Assembly: GCA_022750115.1 (NCBI GenBank)
Contig: JAKIWI010000003.1
Coordinates: 175,948 to 239,947 of the forward strand
DNA: 64,000 nt
Direction of reading: 5' to 3'
DNA from: Thermoplasmata archaeon
GTDB taxonomy: Archaea > Thermoplasmatota > Thermoplasmata > Lutacidiplasmatales > UBA184
Shown here one piece after another: positions 37,001 to 46,135 of the stretch (positions are counted from its first letter, which is position 1; each line of letters starts with the position of its first letter). Under the pieces are notes generated by a model. It ran no database searches and had not been told where the DNA came from. It saw only the letters and a list, made by a program, of their open reading frames with translations. Made by a program: the position numbers and the translations under genes.

Positions 37001-38106
37001 CGAACGACAGCGTCGGCGGCTCCGTGACGGCGTCGATCGCCCTGACGGTGAATGCTCGACCCGTCGTCTCTCTGGTGAGCAGCGGACCGCTCGACCTGGG
37101 GCAGACCCTCGGCCTGCAAGCCAGCTCGGTCAACGGCTCCGGGACGATCGGCTACTCGTGGCAGGGATTGCCCACGGGGTGCGGGACGTCGCCGCTCGCT
37201 CGGATCTACTGTGCTCCCTCGACCGCCGGCGGCTTCGTTGTGGTGGTGACCGGGACCGATGCCGTCGGCGTATCGGTGGCTTCTCCCGCCGTTGCTGTGA
37301 CGGTGTTTCCGATCCTGAACGCCACGCTTCACCTCGCACCCACCTCGATCGACCTGGGGCAGGCCGCCAGCCTCTCGGTGAATGTCTCGGGAGGGGCGCC
37401 GCAGGATGCGATCACGTTCAGCGGCCTTCCGTCGGGCTGCCCGAGTGAGAATGCCACCTCGATCCGCTGTGTCGCCGGGGCACAGGGAACTTTCCACATC
37501 CGGGCCCACGTCACCGATTCCGTCGGCGGCAGCGCAAACGGCTCGGCGTCCCTCGTGGTCAACCCGGGACTCGCCGTGTCGGGGTTCTGGGTCAACACCT
37601 CGTTCATCAATCTCGGCGACAACGTGACGTTCACGTTCGCCGCCATCGGCGGGAGCGGCGCCCGATCGTACTCGTACACGGCCCTGCCCCCGGGGTGCGC
37701 CTCGTCCAACACCTCCCTCCTCTCGTGCCGCCCCTCAGCCGCCGGAAATTTCACTGTGGACGCCCTCGTGGCCGACGCGGCCGGAGAACACGCGGGCGCG
37801 AACGTTTCGCTGTTGGTGTTGCCCGCACCCGGCGGTGGGACGACGGCGACCGGTCTCTCCGGAGCGATACCGTACGAGCTCCTGGGCGCAGTCGGAGCGG
37901 CCATCCTCGCGGTACTGCTCGTTTGGCGGCGATATCGCCGACCCCCGACGGGCACGACGGGCGCCAGGACGGAGGCGGAGCAGGACCGGGAGGTGGGGCA
38001 CGATCCGGGCGTTGCGGAAGCGCACCTGGATTCGGAACCCACGGAACGCGGGAGCCCGCTCGATCATCCCAATCGGGGTCGTTCCCGTCGGCCTGCGACC
38101 GGATAG
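34072..38106 (+). CDS. Cell-surface protein: 12 kelch-like repeats, PKD/Ig domains, C-terminal TM anchor (start uncertain)
   Basis: YD..DGYV.LFGG..DTW repeats; W.FGDG PKD motifs; GLP.GC..C repeats; TM followed by WRRYRR. Confidence 0.88.
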   Translation: MTPSLRARPGWRPMHSLLRAPGFPNAMGAAGARSDAPTSDLARFRHRGVLWAVLFVAAAGTMGLPAGLSGIVDATASANSLAGVPVPPPGRALGAPPSAITPTLPSGAAGHAVESMAAASANASAWWPCRLCGPPARANFTLVSDPRNGELVLQGGYARATGYSPDVWTSRNGHWTESFAYPNIGRRQGAAAAYDPAIGETVLFGGLYGWDYSDTWLFDGTNWTQPACSSTCPPPARFGASMAYDAQDQYLLMFGGRACVDFSCPLNSSLSNDSWMYRAGAWTQLAPPVSPSPRAWASMVYDARDGYVVLFGGENGGLLSDTWTFRSGIWTNVTSLAGGAPAARAYASATYDPIGGRVVLFGGRTAIGPTNDLWQFAGAAWNPLPVLPGPIPAPRTGAGLAYDPTAGDLVLVGGAAGGGAKDLGDFWELRGDRWTVSPVHQSASSGQVIAYDAKDHEQVLFGGGTIGLLGDATWRFQNGAWKDISNLSPTLPNPRFSTQMTYDARDGYVLLFGGYGCFSPGCTGGIFGQGPLNDTWSFSGGNWSPITTPVAPPTTENGGLTYDSTDQEVVLLTECSCSVSSPVTETWTYAAGVWTNVTANQSVQPSFGSGGVSIADSPWDKGVILFGGQGFNSTWLFSNGSWSNITGTVGPGPASRYDAGFALDSTEGSPVLFGGFLQPVCSTCLPTVNDTWVFHHGRWVNASGGWAPTPRGTGQVADDPADRGALLWGESGGLNAADTWWYGPPPNLTVDPRASPPVVDASLPVQLFAGESGGVPPYLLNWTQGNRTLGSTPTLTEQFGAPGHYVVGINASDRNNHSANATTSVDLVANLTETANASSTQDAAGVAIQFAGSHNGGVAPFLTIWRFGDGAWSNRSNCSHVFQTSGSYTVWFWTNDSAGASVGTPIALTVTAAISTAVTESANVTDVGVAVVFNATAMGGVPPIQSSWNFGDGATAIGPSASHIFLAPGHYVVQSWANDSVGGSVTASIALTVNARPVVSLVSSGPLDLGQTLGLQASSVNGSGTIGYSWQGLPTGCGTSPLARIYCAPSTAGGFVVVVTGTDAVGVSVASPAVAVTVFPILNATLHLAPTSIDLGQAASLSVNVSGGAPQDAITFSGLPSGCPSENATSIRCVAGAQGTFHIRAHVTDSVGGSANGSASLVVNPGLAVSGFWVNTSFINLGDNVTFTFAAIGGSGARSYSYTALPPGCASSNTSLLSCRPSAAGNFTVDALVADAAGEHAGANVSLLVLPAPGGGTTATGLSGAIPYELLGAVGAAILAVLLVWRRYRRPPTGTTGARTEAEQDREVGHDPGVAEAHLDSEPTERGSPLDHPNRGRSRRPATG

Positions 38107-38280
38107 GAGCGGCCTCGGGAGAGGCCCGAGTCGCAACCGGACCGAGGTATCGCGAGCCGTATCGCGGCTAAGGTTGAAGAGCGGCAGCCCTGTGCGCCGG
38201 CACGGTGGCCTGGCCCACCCCTACGGGGGGTGGTCCGGTACGCCATACGGACCGGGGACTCGGGGGCGCGCGCAGTGTCG

Positions 38281-41200
38281 ATGTCGTACCGACGGTTCCC
38301 AGGGATCCGGTGGATTCCGATCAGCGTCGTTCTCCTCGTGCTCCTGACGGGGAACGGGTTCGCCTTGTCTCCCCCGGGGAGCGCGCCTCATTCGCCGGGC
38401 ACCGCGACCTCGGGCGCAACGGAGCTACGTGCGGTCGGCCCCGCCACGTCGCCGCCCGTCAACGTGACCCTCACGATCGGGAACCGGGCCGCGAACATCT
38501 CGAGCCAGTTCTTCGGCACCACGGTGAACAACGAAGTGCGGATGTTCCGCGGCGAAGCGACCGCGGTGAACGCCACCCCGGCGCGGGTCCTGGTCTGGCC
38601 CGGCGCCATGGCGGGCGAAGACTACGACCCGCTCACCCAGACCCACTACGACACGTATTCCGGAATTCCCAAGCACGCCCTCACGAACGAGAGCCAGTTC
38701 GTGCAATTGTGCAAGGCCACCCACTGCACCGCGATCGTCCAGGTCCCCGCCGAGATCGACAACGCCAGCTTCGCCGAGGCCGTCGTGAACTACACCGAGG
38801 TCAACCTGAGCTTCACCCCGGCCTACTGGATGATCGGCAACGAACCGGAGCTCTGGTCGCATTGGAAGCTCCCGTGGAAGGACTGGGCGACCCAGTCCAG
38901 CGGAGGCCCCGACCCGACCCAGTTCGGGCACGAGGTCGTCGCCTACGTGAAAGCGATCCGGGCGGTGGACAGCACGACCCCGATCCTCGGCCTGCCCGCC
39001 TCCGGCTGCACCTGCGGCTCGTGGACGTTCCCGCAGTGGATCTCGGGCGTCCTGAACGTCACCGGCTCGAAGATCCAGTCCGTGGCGTTCCACGAGTACC
39101 CCGCCGGCTGGCTTGGGACCGGGGACGGGAGCCTCGAGGACTTCTACGGGACGATCCAGAGCGCCGCGGGCATTCCGCCCCGGCTCGTCGCAGCCCGCGC
39201 CGCGGTCACGTCGTCGTGCCCCGGTTGCAACGTCTCGGTCTTCATCAGCGAGCTCGGCGCGGCGCTGTCCTGGTCGGCGTACGGCCAGTATTCGATTGGC
39301 TTCTCCGGGCCGTTGAGCCTCGCTTCCCAGATCACCCAGTCGATGGACCTGAACCTCACGAACGTCGACCTGTTCGCGACGGAGCTCACGACCACGAACT
39401 CGTGGTTCAACAACACCGGCCACGCCCGCGTGGACTACTCCCTCTACACCGGGATCCTGAACCACCTCGGCACCGAGGCCTTCCCCGTCAACATCACCGG
39501 GCTCGGGAACACGATCTACGGGATCGACACCATCGCTCCGGGCGATCACGGCCGCCGGGACCTGATGGTCGTGAACGACAACATCACCCATTCGATCTCC
39601 TTCGCCCCTCGATTCGCTGAGTCCTCGGTGAGCGCGCCCGTCGAGGCGTGGAGCTGGAACGGTTCGATCCACGCGACCGCCGGAAACGGAACCACCTGGG
39701 TGGAGCCGTACACCCCGCAGCCGGTCCCGCACGAGTTCTCCGACGGGCTGCCCGGGAACTACACGCTGCCGCCGCAGAGCCTGGTCCTGTTCGAGATGTA
39801 TCCGTCGGGCGCGACGTACGTCCGCGTCCTCGAGAACGGGGTGCCGGCCCCGACGGCCTGGTACGCCAGCGTCGGCCCGCAGTTCTACGGGACGACCGCC
39901 GACAACATCTCGCTCCTGCTCCCCGCGGGGTCGTACCCCGTCGCCTCGGTGCCCATTCCCCTCCCGATCGGCGGGCGCGAGCGCACCCCGATCGAGCAGC
40001 TGGCCCCCAACGCTCCCTCGCCGTTCCAGGTGAGCGGCTCCCACGCGAACGTCACCGTCACCTTCCTCACGCAGTGGGCCGTGAACGCCTCCGCCTCCCC
40101 CGCCATCGGGGGCACCGTCGCGCCGAACGTCGGGTGGTGGAACTCGAACGAGTCGTTGAACCTCACGGCCACGCCGACGCTCGGCTACGCCTTCGTCGGC
40201 TGGAGCGGATTTGGTCCGGGAAACTACAGCGGGGGGGGACGGACGGCCACCCTCACCCCGACCGGTCGGGTCTCCGAGAAGGCGCGGTTCGTGGTGGGCA
40301 ACCAAGTCGTCTTCGAAGAGTCCGGGCTGACCGCGGGGACGCCGTGGTCGGTGGACGTCCGCAGTTTCACGTCGACCTCCATCTCCAACCTCCTTACGGT
40401 CTACGAGCCGAACGGCCACTTCGGATTCTCCCTGAGCAATGTCGCGGGATTCCGGACGATCCCTCGGAACGGCAGCTTCAGCGTCGCGGGCGGGTGGAGC
40501 CTCGTCCACGTGCGGTACGACCCGATCACGCCGCCCCAACCGCAGTACCAGGTGACGTTCCAGATCGCGGGCCTCCCGTCCTCGATGACGGTCGCGATCA
40601 CCGTGCGGAACGTGACCGAGACCACCGGCTACTTCGTTCCCCAGTACCAGCTCGGGAACGGCACCTACGCCTACCGTGTGGGCGCCGAACCGGGGTACCA
40701 CGTCGCGGTGCCGGACAAGACGTTCGTCGTGAACGGCGGCTCGCTCGTCGTCACGGTCCCGTTCGTTCCGACCGTCTACACGGCGACCTGGGAGGCGGCG
40801 GGAACCCACCCCGGACTGAACTGGAGCGTCGTCGTCAACGGCTTGACCATCGTCGCGAGCTCGGCGTGGGTGTCGACCTCGTTGCCGAACGGCACCTACC
40901 CGTACGCGATCGTGTTCCCCGCCAACTACACCGCGAGCCCCTCGACGGGGGTCCTGTCGATCGGCGGCTCCGGGGTCCAGCAGCCGCTCGCGTTCTCCCT
41001 CGCGGAGTACCGAACCTGGTTCGACGCTTCGGGCCTCGGCTCGACGACCGCCTGGTCGGTACGGCTCGGGAACTCGACGCAGGGAACCTCGACCAACCGG
41101 ACGGCGTTCCTGGCGGCCAACGGCACCTACACCTTCGACGTGCACGCCCCGACCGGCTACTACGCGGTCCCCTCGCACGGGACCCTGACGATCTCCGGGT

Positions 41201-41364
41201 CGATGCCGTCGACCCACATCCAGTTCTATCCCGTCTCCGAACTGCCCTCGGCGGCCCTGGTCGCCGCCCTGAGCTCGGGCGCCCTCATGACCTCGATCTG
41301 GATCGGCGGGTCGATCTTCGTCGGGTTTGCCGCCGTCCGCGGGCTGCGGCGCCGGGACGGTTGA
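38281..41364 (+). CDS. Membrane-anchored secreted clan-A glycoside hydrolase (GH44/51/79-like) with thermopsin-like C-terminal repeats
   Basis: Signal peptide; WMIGNEPELW (acid/base), FHEYP, FISELG (nucleophile); ESGL..GT.WSV/NGTY repeats; C-terminal TM. Confidence 0.82.
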   Translation: MSYRRFPGIRWIPISVVLLVLLTGNGFALSPPGSAPHSPGTATSGATELRAVGPATSPPVNVTLTIGNRAANISSQFFGTTVNNEVRMFRGEATAVNATPARVLVWPGAMAGEDYDPLTQTHYDTYSGIPKHALTNESQFVQLCKATHCTAIVQVPAEIDNASFAEAVVNYTEVNLSFTPAYWMIGNEPELWSHWKLPWKDWATQSSGGPDPTQFGHEVVAYVKAIRAVDSTTPILGLPASGCTCGSWTFPQWISGVLNVTGSKIQSVAFHEYPAGWLGTGDGSLEDFYGTIQSAAGIPPRLVAARAAVTSSCPGCNVSVFISELGAALSWSAYGQYSIGFSGPLSLASQITQSMDLNLTNVDLFATELTTTNSWFNNTGHARVDYSLYTGILNHLGTEAFPVNITGLGNTIYGIDTIAPGDHGRRDLMVVNDNITHSISFAPRFAESSVSAPVEAWSWNGSIHATAGNGTTWVEPYTPQPVPHEFSDGLPGNYTLPPQSLVLFEMYPSGATYVRVLENGVPAPTAWYASVGPQFYGTTADNISLLLPAGSYPVASVPIPLPIGGRERTPIEQLAPNAPSPFQVSGSHANVTVTFLTQWAVNASASPAIGGTVAPNVGWWNSNESLNLTATPTLGYAFVGWSGFGPGNYSGGGRTATLTPTGRVSEKARFVVGNQVVFEESGLTAGTPWSVDVRSFTSTSISNLLTVYEPNGHFGFSLSNVAGFRTIPRNGSFSVAGGWSLVHVRYDPITPPQPQYQVTFQIAGLPSSMTVAITVRNVTETTGYFVPQYQLGNGTYAYRVGAEPGYHVAVPDKTFVVNGGSLVVTVPFVPTVYTATWEAAGTHPGLNWSVVVNGLTIVASSAWVSTSLPNGTYPYAIVFPANYTASPSTGVLSIGGSGVQQPLAFSLAEYRTWFDASGLGSTTAWSVRLGNSTQGTSTNRTAFLAANGTYTFDVHAPTGYYAVPSHGTLTISGSMPSTHIQFYPVSELPSAALVAALSSGALMTSIWIGGSIFVGFAAVRGLRRRDG

Positions 41365-41419
41365 TTCTCCCGATGGCCGGGAGCGGACGCGGGCGACGCG
41401 TACCGCGCCCTCGGGAGCT

Positions 41420-43492
41420 GTGATCCCCCTGCTCCCGCTCGACAACCTCGAAGACTTCGTCCAGTCGCTCGGGATTCCCGTCGGCGGGATCCTCGTCGGC
41501 CTCGCGCTCGGAGTCGCGTTGTTCGCGACGGCGGATTGGCTCCGCCATCGTCCTGCGAAGTCGGTCGTCGGCACCGTGCCGATCCGGATCGTCCCGGACC
41601 CCTCCGAGGCCGCCGCGACCCCCCCCGGAACCTCGGCCGTCCCGTCCGCGCCCGTCACGGTGTCGTCTGCGGAGGGGTCACGTACCGTGTTCCTGCGGGG
41701 GGCGGGGCTCTCGCCGAACGCCCCCCTCCCCCGGGCGCGCCGGTTCATCGCAATTCTAGTGGGGTCGTTCGTGGCCCTTTCCACGATCGAGCTCGCGCTG
41801 TTCTCGCGGCTGTTCCTTCCGTACGACCATCTCGTCGGCTATGCCGGCACCGCTCTGTTCTGGCCGACGCCGTGGCCGGGGGTGTACGCGGTAAACTCGG
41901 CGTCGCAGCTCGTTCCCGACTACATCTTCCCGATGTACCTCGCCGCGATGGCAGCGTTCGTCATCGCGAGCGGCCTCCTCTACCGCCGCCCCGCGCTCCC
42001 GCGGTACCGCCGGGCGCTGGCGGTCGGGCTGATCCTCCTCTACGTCGGCGTCGAGGTGATCTTGGACGCGGTGTTCTTCACCGTCCCGGGTCAGAGCGTC
42101 AAGAACTTCGCCATCGTCGTCCGCACGATGACCGGTGGGGTGTTCCTCTCCGGCCTCGCCTTCTGCGCGCTGTTCCTGCCGACGCCGCAGCGGGTGAAAC
42201 CTCGATTCCGTCGCGACCCGAACGCGCTGCTCCAGTTCTTCGGGACGGGGATCATCGCCATCGCGGTCGCGGGCGCGGCCTTGATCCTCGTCGACCGCTA
42301 CCTCGGGGACGATGGAGTGCTGCTGCCGTTCACGCTCCTCCTGCTCCTGCCGCTGGTGACGCTCGAGACGTTCATCGCCCTCAATCGACCGCAGTACTTC
42401 CGCCAGCTCCGCCGCCGTCCGCTCCCGCCGCTCTCCCGCTACCATCCGCCGGTGTCGATCGTCATGCCGGCGTACAACGAGGAGCGGTGGATCGCCGAGG
42501 CGATCCGGTGCGCCGACGTCGCCGCGGGCAAGTACCCGGGTCCCGTCGAGATCATCGTCGGCAACGACGGCTCGACGGACCGGACCTCGGAGATCGCCCG
42601 CACCGCGATCCTGGGCCTTCAACACGCGAAGGGGATGGTCGTCGACCTCCCGCACGCCGGGAAGTCGAACGGGCTCAACGGCGCGCTCGCGCTCGCGACG
42701 GGGGACATCGTGATCCGGCTCGACGCCGACACGTTCGTGTCCGAACGCTTCGGGTTCGCCGCGATCATCCCGCACTTCGCGGACCCGCAGATCGGCGGGG
42801 TACAGGGTTCGATCCACCCCCGCCAGCGCACGGGGTGGACCCGCAAGCTCCGCGCGCTCGAGATCGCCTGGGGCCACTACTTCCAGCGACCGGCCGTGAT
42901 GGGGGCCCGCTCGGGCGAGGTGATCGACGGCCTGTTCTCCGCCTTCCGCCGCAAGGACCTCGTCTCGCTCGGCGGCTGGGTCCCGTGGAACGGCGAGGAC
43001 ACCGAGCTGTCGATGCGGATCCAGCGGCTCGGCTACCGGGTCCGGATGGAGTTCGGGGCGCGGGCCTACGAGGACGTCCCCGAGAACTACGAGGCGCTCC
43101 GGCGGCAGCGCGTCCGATGGGCCCGCGGCATGCTGATGGCCAACGGCCAGCACTACCCCTCGCTCGTCGGGAACACCCCCGAGTTCGCCGGCCTCGGCGT
43201 GTTCCTCTGGTTCCTCACCTTCGCGCGCTCGGGCGTGCGCAGCCTCGTCTACGTGTTCCTGGTCCTGCTGCTGCTGCTACTGGGCGTCCACGCGCTCATC
43301 GACGTCGCCTACCTGCTGCTGCTCGCGCTCGTGCTCCGCGCCGTCCCGCTCGCCTACTTCCTCGGGAAGATGGGGCGCTGGGACATGCTGGTCTGGATTC
43401 CGTTCTTCCCGATCGCGAGCGTGATCAAACAGTCGTTCCGGTTCGAGGCGTTCGGGCTGATGGGCCCCGAGGCGAATCACGAGTACGCCTGA
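41420..43492 (+). CDS. Processive GT2 polysaccharide synthase (PgaC/IcaA/cellulose synthase-like)
   Basis: PAYNEE, DGSTD, KSNGLN, DAD, GED, QRVRW; long N-terminal multi-TM region and C-terminal TMs; start GTG 41420 inferred. Confidence 0.9.
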   Translation: MIPLLPLDNLEDFVQSLGIPVGGILVGLALGVALFATADWLRHRPAKSVVGTVPIRIVPDPSEAAATPPGTSAVPSAPVTVSSAEGSRTVFLRGAGLSPNAPLPRARRFIAILVGSFVALSTIELALFSRLFLPYDHLVGYAGTALFWPTPWPGVYAVNSASQLVPDYIFPMYLAAMAAFVIASGLLYRRPALPRYRRALAVGLILLYVGVEVILDAVFFTVPGQSVKNFAIVVRTMTGGVFLSGLAFCALFLPTPQRVKPRFRRDPNALLQFFGTGIIAIAVAGAALILVDRYLGDDGVLLPFTLLLLLPLVTLETFIALNRPQYFRQLRRRPLPPLSRYHPPVSIVMPAYNEERWIAEAIRCADVAAGKYPGPVEIIVGNDGSTDRTSEIARTAILGLQHAKGMVVDLPHAGKSNGLNGALALATGDIVIRLDADTFVSERFGFAAIIPHFADPQIGGVQGSIHPRQRTGWTRKLRALEIAWGHYFQRPAVMGARSGEVIDGLFSAFRRKDLVSLGGWVPWNGEDTELSMRIQRLGYRVRMEFGARAYEDVPENYEALRRQRVRWARGMLMANGQHYPSLVGNTPEFAGLGVFLWFLTFARSGVRSLVYVFLVLLLLLLGVHALIDVAYLLLLALVLRAVPLAYFLGKMGRWDMLVWIPFFPIASVIKQSFRFEAFGLMGPEANHEYA

Positions 43493-43514
43493 GGCGCGGT
43501 CGCCGTCGGCGCGC

Positions 43515-43943
43515 CTACGACCGACCGCTCGCCGCCGCCGAAACGCGGCCGACGGTGGAGACCATCGGCACGGGATGCAGCGAGTTCCGCGTGGACCAGC
43601 CCTCGAGGGCGCGGAATAGTTCTCCGAGCTCCGCGGTCTTGGCCGTCGGATGGTACTCGACGCGGGGGGGGATCTCGCTGAACGCCTGGCGGGCAAGGAA
43701 CCCCATGTCCACGAGCGTCTTCAGTCGGTCCGAGAGCGTCTTGGGCGAGATGCCGAGCCGGGTTTGCAGCTGTCCGAACCGGATCGGGGCACCACCGGAC
43801 TCGGCGAAGGCGTGCAGGATGTCGAGCATGCGCGGGCGCCCGAGGACCGAGAACAACTCGGCCACATGACAGCCGCCCGACCCGCGGGCGGACGGTGCCT
43901 CGCCCGAGCGCGTGGGTGCCGGGGCGCGGCGCGGTGCGGGCAT
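43515..43943 (-). CDS. HxlR family transcriptional regulator
   Basis: C.V.....LG, RFGQLQ..LGISPKTLSDRLK.L...G...R......PPRVEY. Confidence 0.92.
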   Translation of the reverse strand: MPAPRRAPAPTRSGEAPSARGSGGCHVAELFSVLGRPRMLDILHAFAESGGAPIRFGQLQTRLGISPKTLSDRLKTLVDMGFLARQAFSEIPPRVEYHPTAKTAELGELFRALEGWSTRNSLHPVPMVSTVGRVSAAASGRS

Positions 43944-44070
43944 CTTGGACCCAGTATAGAAAGGGAAGCATTAGAAGTTTCGTATCGTGGCAATGCAGAG
44001 GGTGCGGGCCGCCGCGCCTTGAAACTATCCCGATGGTTAGCGACTTTCATAGTATCCAGTGGGTAGTCTA

Positions 44071-44093
44071 AATACTTCATATTGTATAGTATT
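44071..44093. promoter_or_regulatory. Palindromic operator candidate for the divergent HxlR regulator
   Basis: AATACT-N11-AGTATT immediately upstream of ATG 44099. Confidence 0.55.
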
Positions 44094-44098
44094 GGTCG

Positions 44099-44770
44099 AT
44101 GTCCGCTGCGTCCCCCGCCGCCGCATTGCGCTCCCCTGGGCCGAGCGACCCCGCCGCGATTCTCCGCTTCGGAGAGCTCGCCTCCGAGGAGCGGCTCCGC
44201 ACCGCCGTCGTCGCCCTCGAGCAGAACGGCATCTCCACCACCGTCGTCTCCACGCGCGCCGAGGCGGTCCAGGCCGTGCTCGACCGGATCCCCTCCGGCT
44301 CCGAGGTCCTCGATGCCCCGTCCCAAACGCTGGTCGCGTTGGGGCTCGACGTCGCCCTCGCCGATCCCGCGCGCTTCCACGACATCCGAGCCGAATTGAT
44401 GCGGCTTCGGGAGGAGAAGAAGTCGGACGCCCAGCGGAAGCTCGGCGCCTCCCCCGACGTGATCGTGGGAAGCGTCCACGCGATCACCGAGAAGGGACAG
44501 GTCGTCATCGCCTCCGCGACCGGGAGCCAGCTCGCGCCGTACGTCTCCGGCGCGGGGAAGGTCATCTGGGTCGCCGGCACCCAGAAGATTGTCGCGGATC
44601 TCGACGCCGCCTTCCAGCGGGTCCAGGAGTACACGCTCCCGCGCGAAAGCGAGCGGGCGATGAAGGCGTACGGATTCCCCTCGTTCGTCGCGAAGTTGCT
44701 CGTCGTGAACCGCGAGTTCACCCCCGGGCGCATCCACCTCGTGCTGATCCGCGAGAACCTCGGCTTCTAG
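44099..44770 (+). CDS. LUD domain protein (LutC/YkgG-like)
   Basis: GSVHAITEKG...IASATGSQL, AGKVIWVAGTQKIV.DLD.A..R, GRIHLVLI.E.LGF. Confidence 0.9.
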   Translation: MSAASPAAALRSPGPSDPAAILRFGELASEERLRTAVVALEQNGISTTVVSTRAEAVQAVLDRIPSGSEVLDAPSQTLVALGLDVALADPARFHDIRAELMRLREEKKSDAQRKLGASPDVIVGSVHAITEKGQVVIASATGSQLAPYVSGAGKVIWVAGTQKIVADLDAAFQRVQEYTLPRESERAMKAYGFPSFVAKLLVVNREFTPGRIHLVLIRENLGF

Positions 44771-44789
44771 GCGTCTCCGACCGGGTGAG

Positions 44790-46043
44790 CTAGTCCGCGG
44801 GAACGGTCGATTCCGAGCGGAGCGCGACCTCGAGCCGGTCCTTGAAGCCCGCCGGGCCGACACGCCCCAGCCGGACCGTCGCGCCGCCCAAAGTGGCGAG
44901 GGTACGCCGAATCCCCCGGGCGAGGGGAACGACAACGGTCGCGAGGTCGACGCCGCGCTCCCACCACGCCCGCTCGAGGCAGAGCGCCCCCGCTGTCCGG
45001 TCGAACGTCGGCTCGATACGTCCGACCAATCGGTCCCCGACGAGGACGGGGAGTACGTAGTACCCCCAGCGTCGGTCCGCCGCCGGCTTGTACACTTCCC
45101 AGAGGTACTCGAAGTCAAACAGGGTCCGGGCCCGTTCCCGGCCCGCGACGACGTCGAGGGGTGCCACGAAAACCGCCTCGGTCTCGGCGGTGAGTGGTTT
45201 CCAAAACTTCGGAGTTCCGCCGCTCTCGACCTCCTCCAGGATGGGCTGCCATTCCGTCGGAAGCACGGCGGGCGTCCGATCTCCTTCGACCTCCACCTCG
45301 ACGAGGCGGCCGGCCTCGACGAGCCGTTGACGGATCTGCGCCTTGGTGAGCTTCGACCGCCCGCGCCCGTCCTCCTGGGTCCGCAGGTACGCGATCCCGT
45401 ACTTGCCCGTGAGACCGAGCCAACGAAGGGTCTCCAGGGCGCCTTCGTCCCGCGTCACGTCCCGTGGGAGGGGCTCGGCCATCGCCCCGAACATCCGCTC
45501 CGTCCGGTCGTAGAACTTTCGATTCCCTTCCCGGTGGTGGACGAGAACGTCGAGCTTTCGCCAGAGGTAGTAGAGGGCGAGACCCTCGAGCCGACCGGCA
45601 CGGTAATCGGCCGTTCGCGCCCCCTCGGGGTAGTCACGGGATTCGTGGGGGCCGTTGCGGTCGATGTCGGCGAGGACCCGGCGGACGACGGCCGCATTCT
45701 CCCGGCCCCACGTCTCCCATCGGACGGGGAGTCCCTCGTTCTGCACCCACGACCAGTGGAGCCCGAGCCGCGCGCGCGGCCAGATTGACATCGCCCCCCC
45801 GTGCTCGAAGGCGATTCGCTCGCCGTAGAGCAGCGCCTCGAGGTCTCCCGCTCGGTAGCCCGCGACCCGGCTCGCGAGCACCAGGTCTTGATTGCGGCCG
45901 ACGACGTCGAGCGGGTCGACCTGAATTCGGCGGGTCTCCACCAAGGCGGAGCGGACCCCTTCTCGCCCCCGCCAGCGTCGGCCGGGCCAGAGCCCTTGAA
46001 GCCCCAAAACCATCCGGCGCTCCGTGATTTTCGAGACTTTCAT
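44790..46043 (-). CDS. YcaQ/AlkZ (HTH_42) family crosslink-repair DNA glycosylase
   Basis: IQVDPL.VV.R..DLVL.SR (QxD), PLD....R, F.Y.WEVYKP...RRWGYYVLP.L.GDRLVGR. Confidence 0.9.
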   Translation of the reverse strand: MKVSKITERRMVLGLQGLWPGRRWRGREGVRSALVETRRIQVDPLDVVGRNQDLVLASRVAGYRAGDLEALLYGERIAFEHGGAMSIWPRARLGLHWSWVQNEGLPVRWETWGRENAAVVRRVLADIDRNGPHESRDYPEGARTADYRAGRLEGLALYYLWRKLDVLVHHREGNRKFYDRTERMFGAMAEPLPRDVTRDEGALETLRWLGLTGKYGIAYLRTQEDGRGRSKLTKAQIRQRLVEAGRLVEVEVEGDRTPAVLPTEWQPILEEVESGGTPKFWKPLTAETEAVFVAPLDVVAGRERARTLFDFEYLWEVYKPAADRRWGYYVLPVLVGDRLVGRIEPTFDRTAGALCLERAWWERGVDLATVVVPLARGIRRTLATLGGATVRLGRVGPAGFKDRLEVALRSESTVPAD

Positions 46044-46135
46044 GACGCGCCGATTCGGGGACGGCCGACCATGGCGATAAGGCGACCCGGGCGGCGGTGC
46101 CCCGATTCATTAGGCGATGCGAGGTTCGTCCGGCC

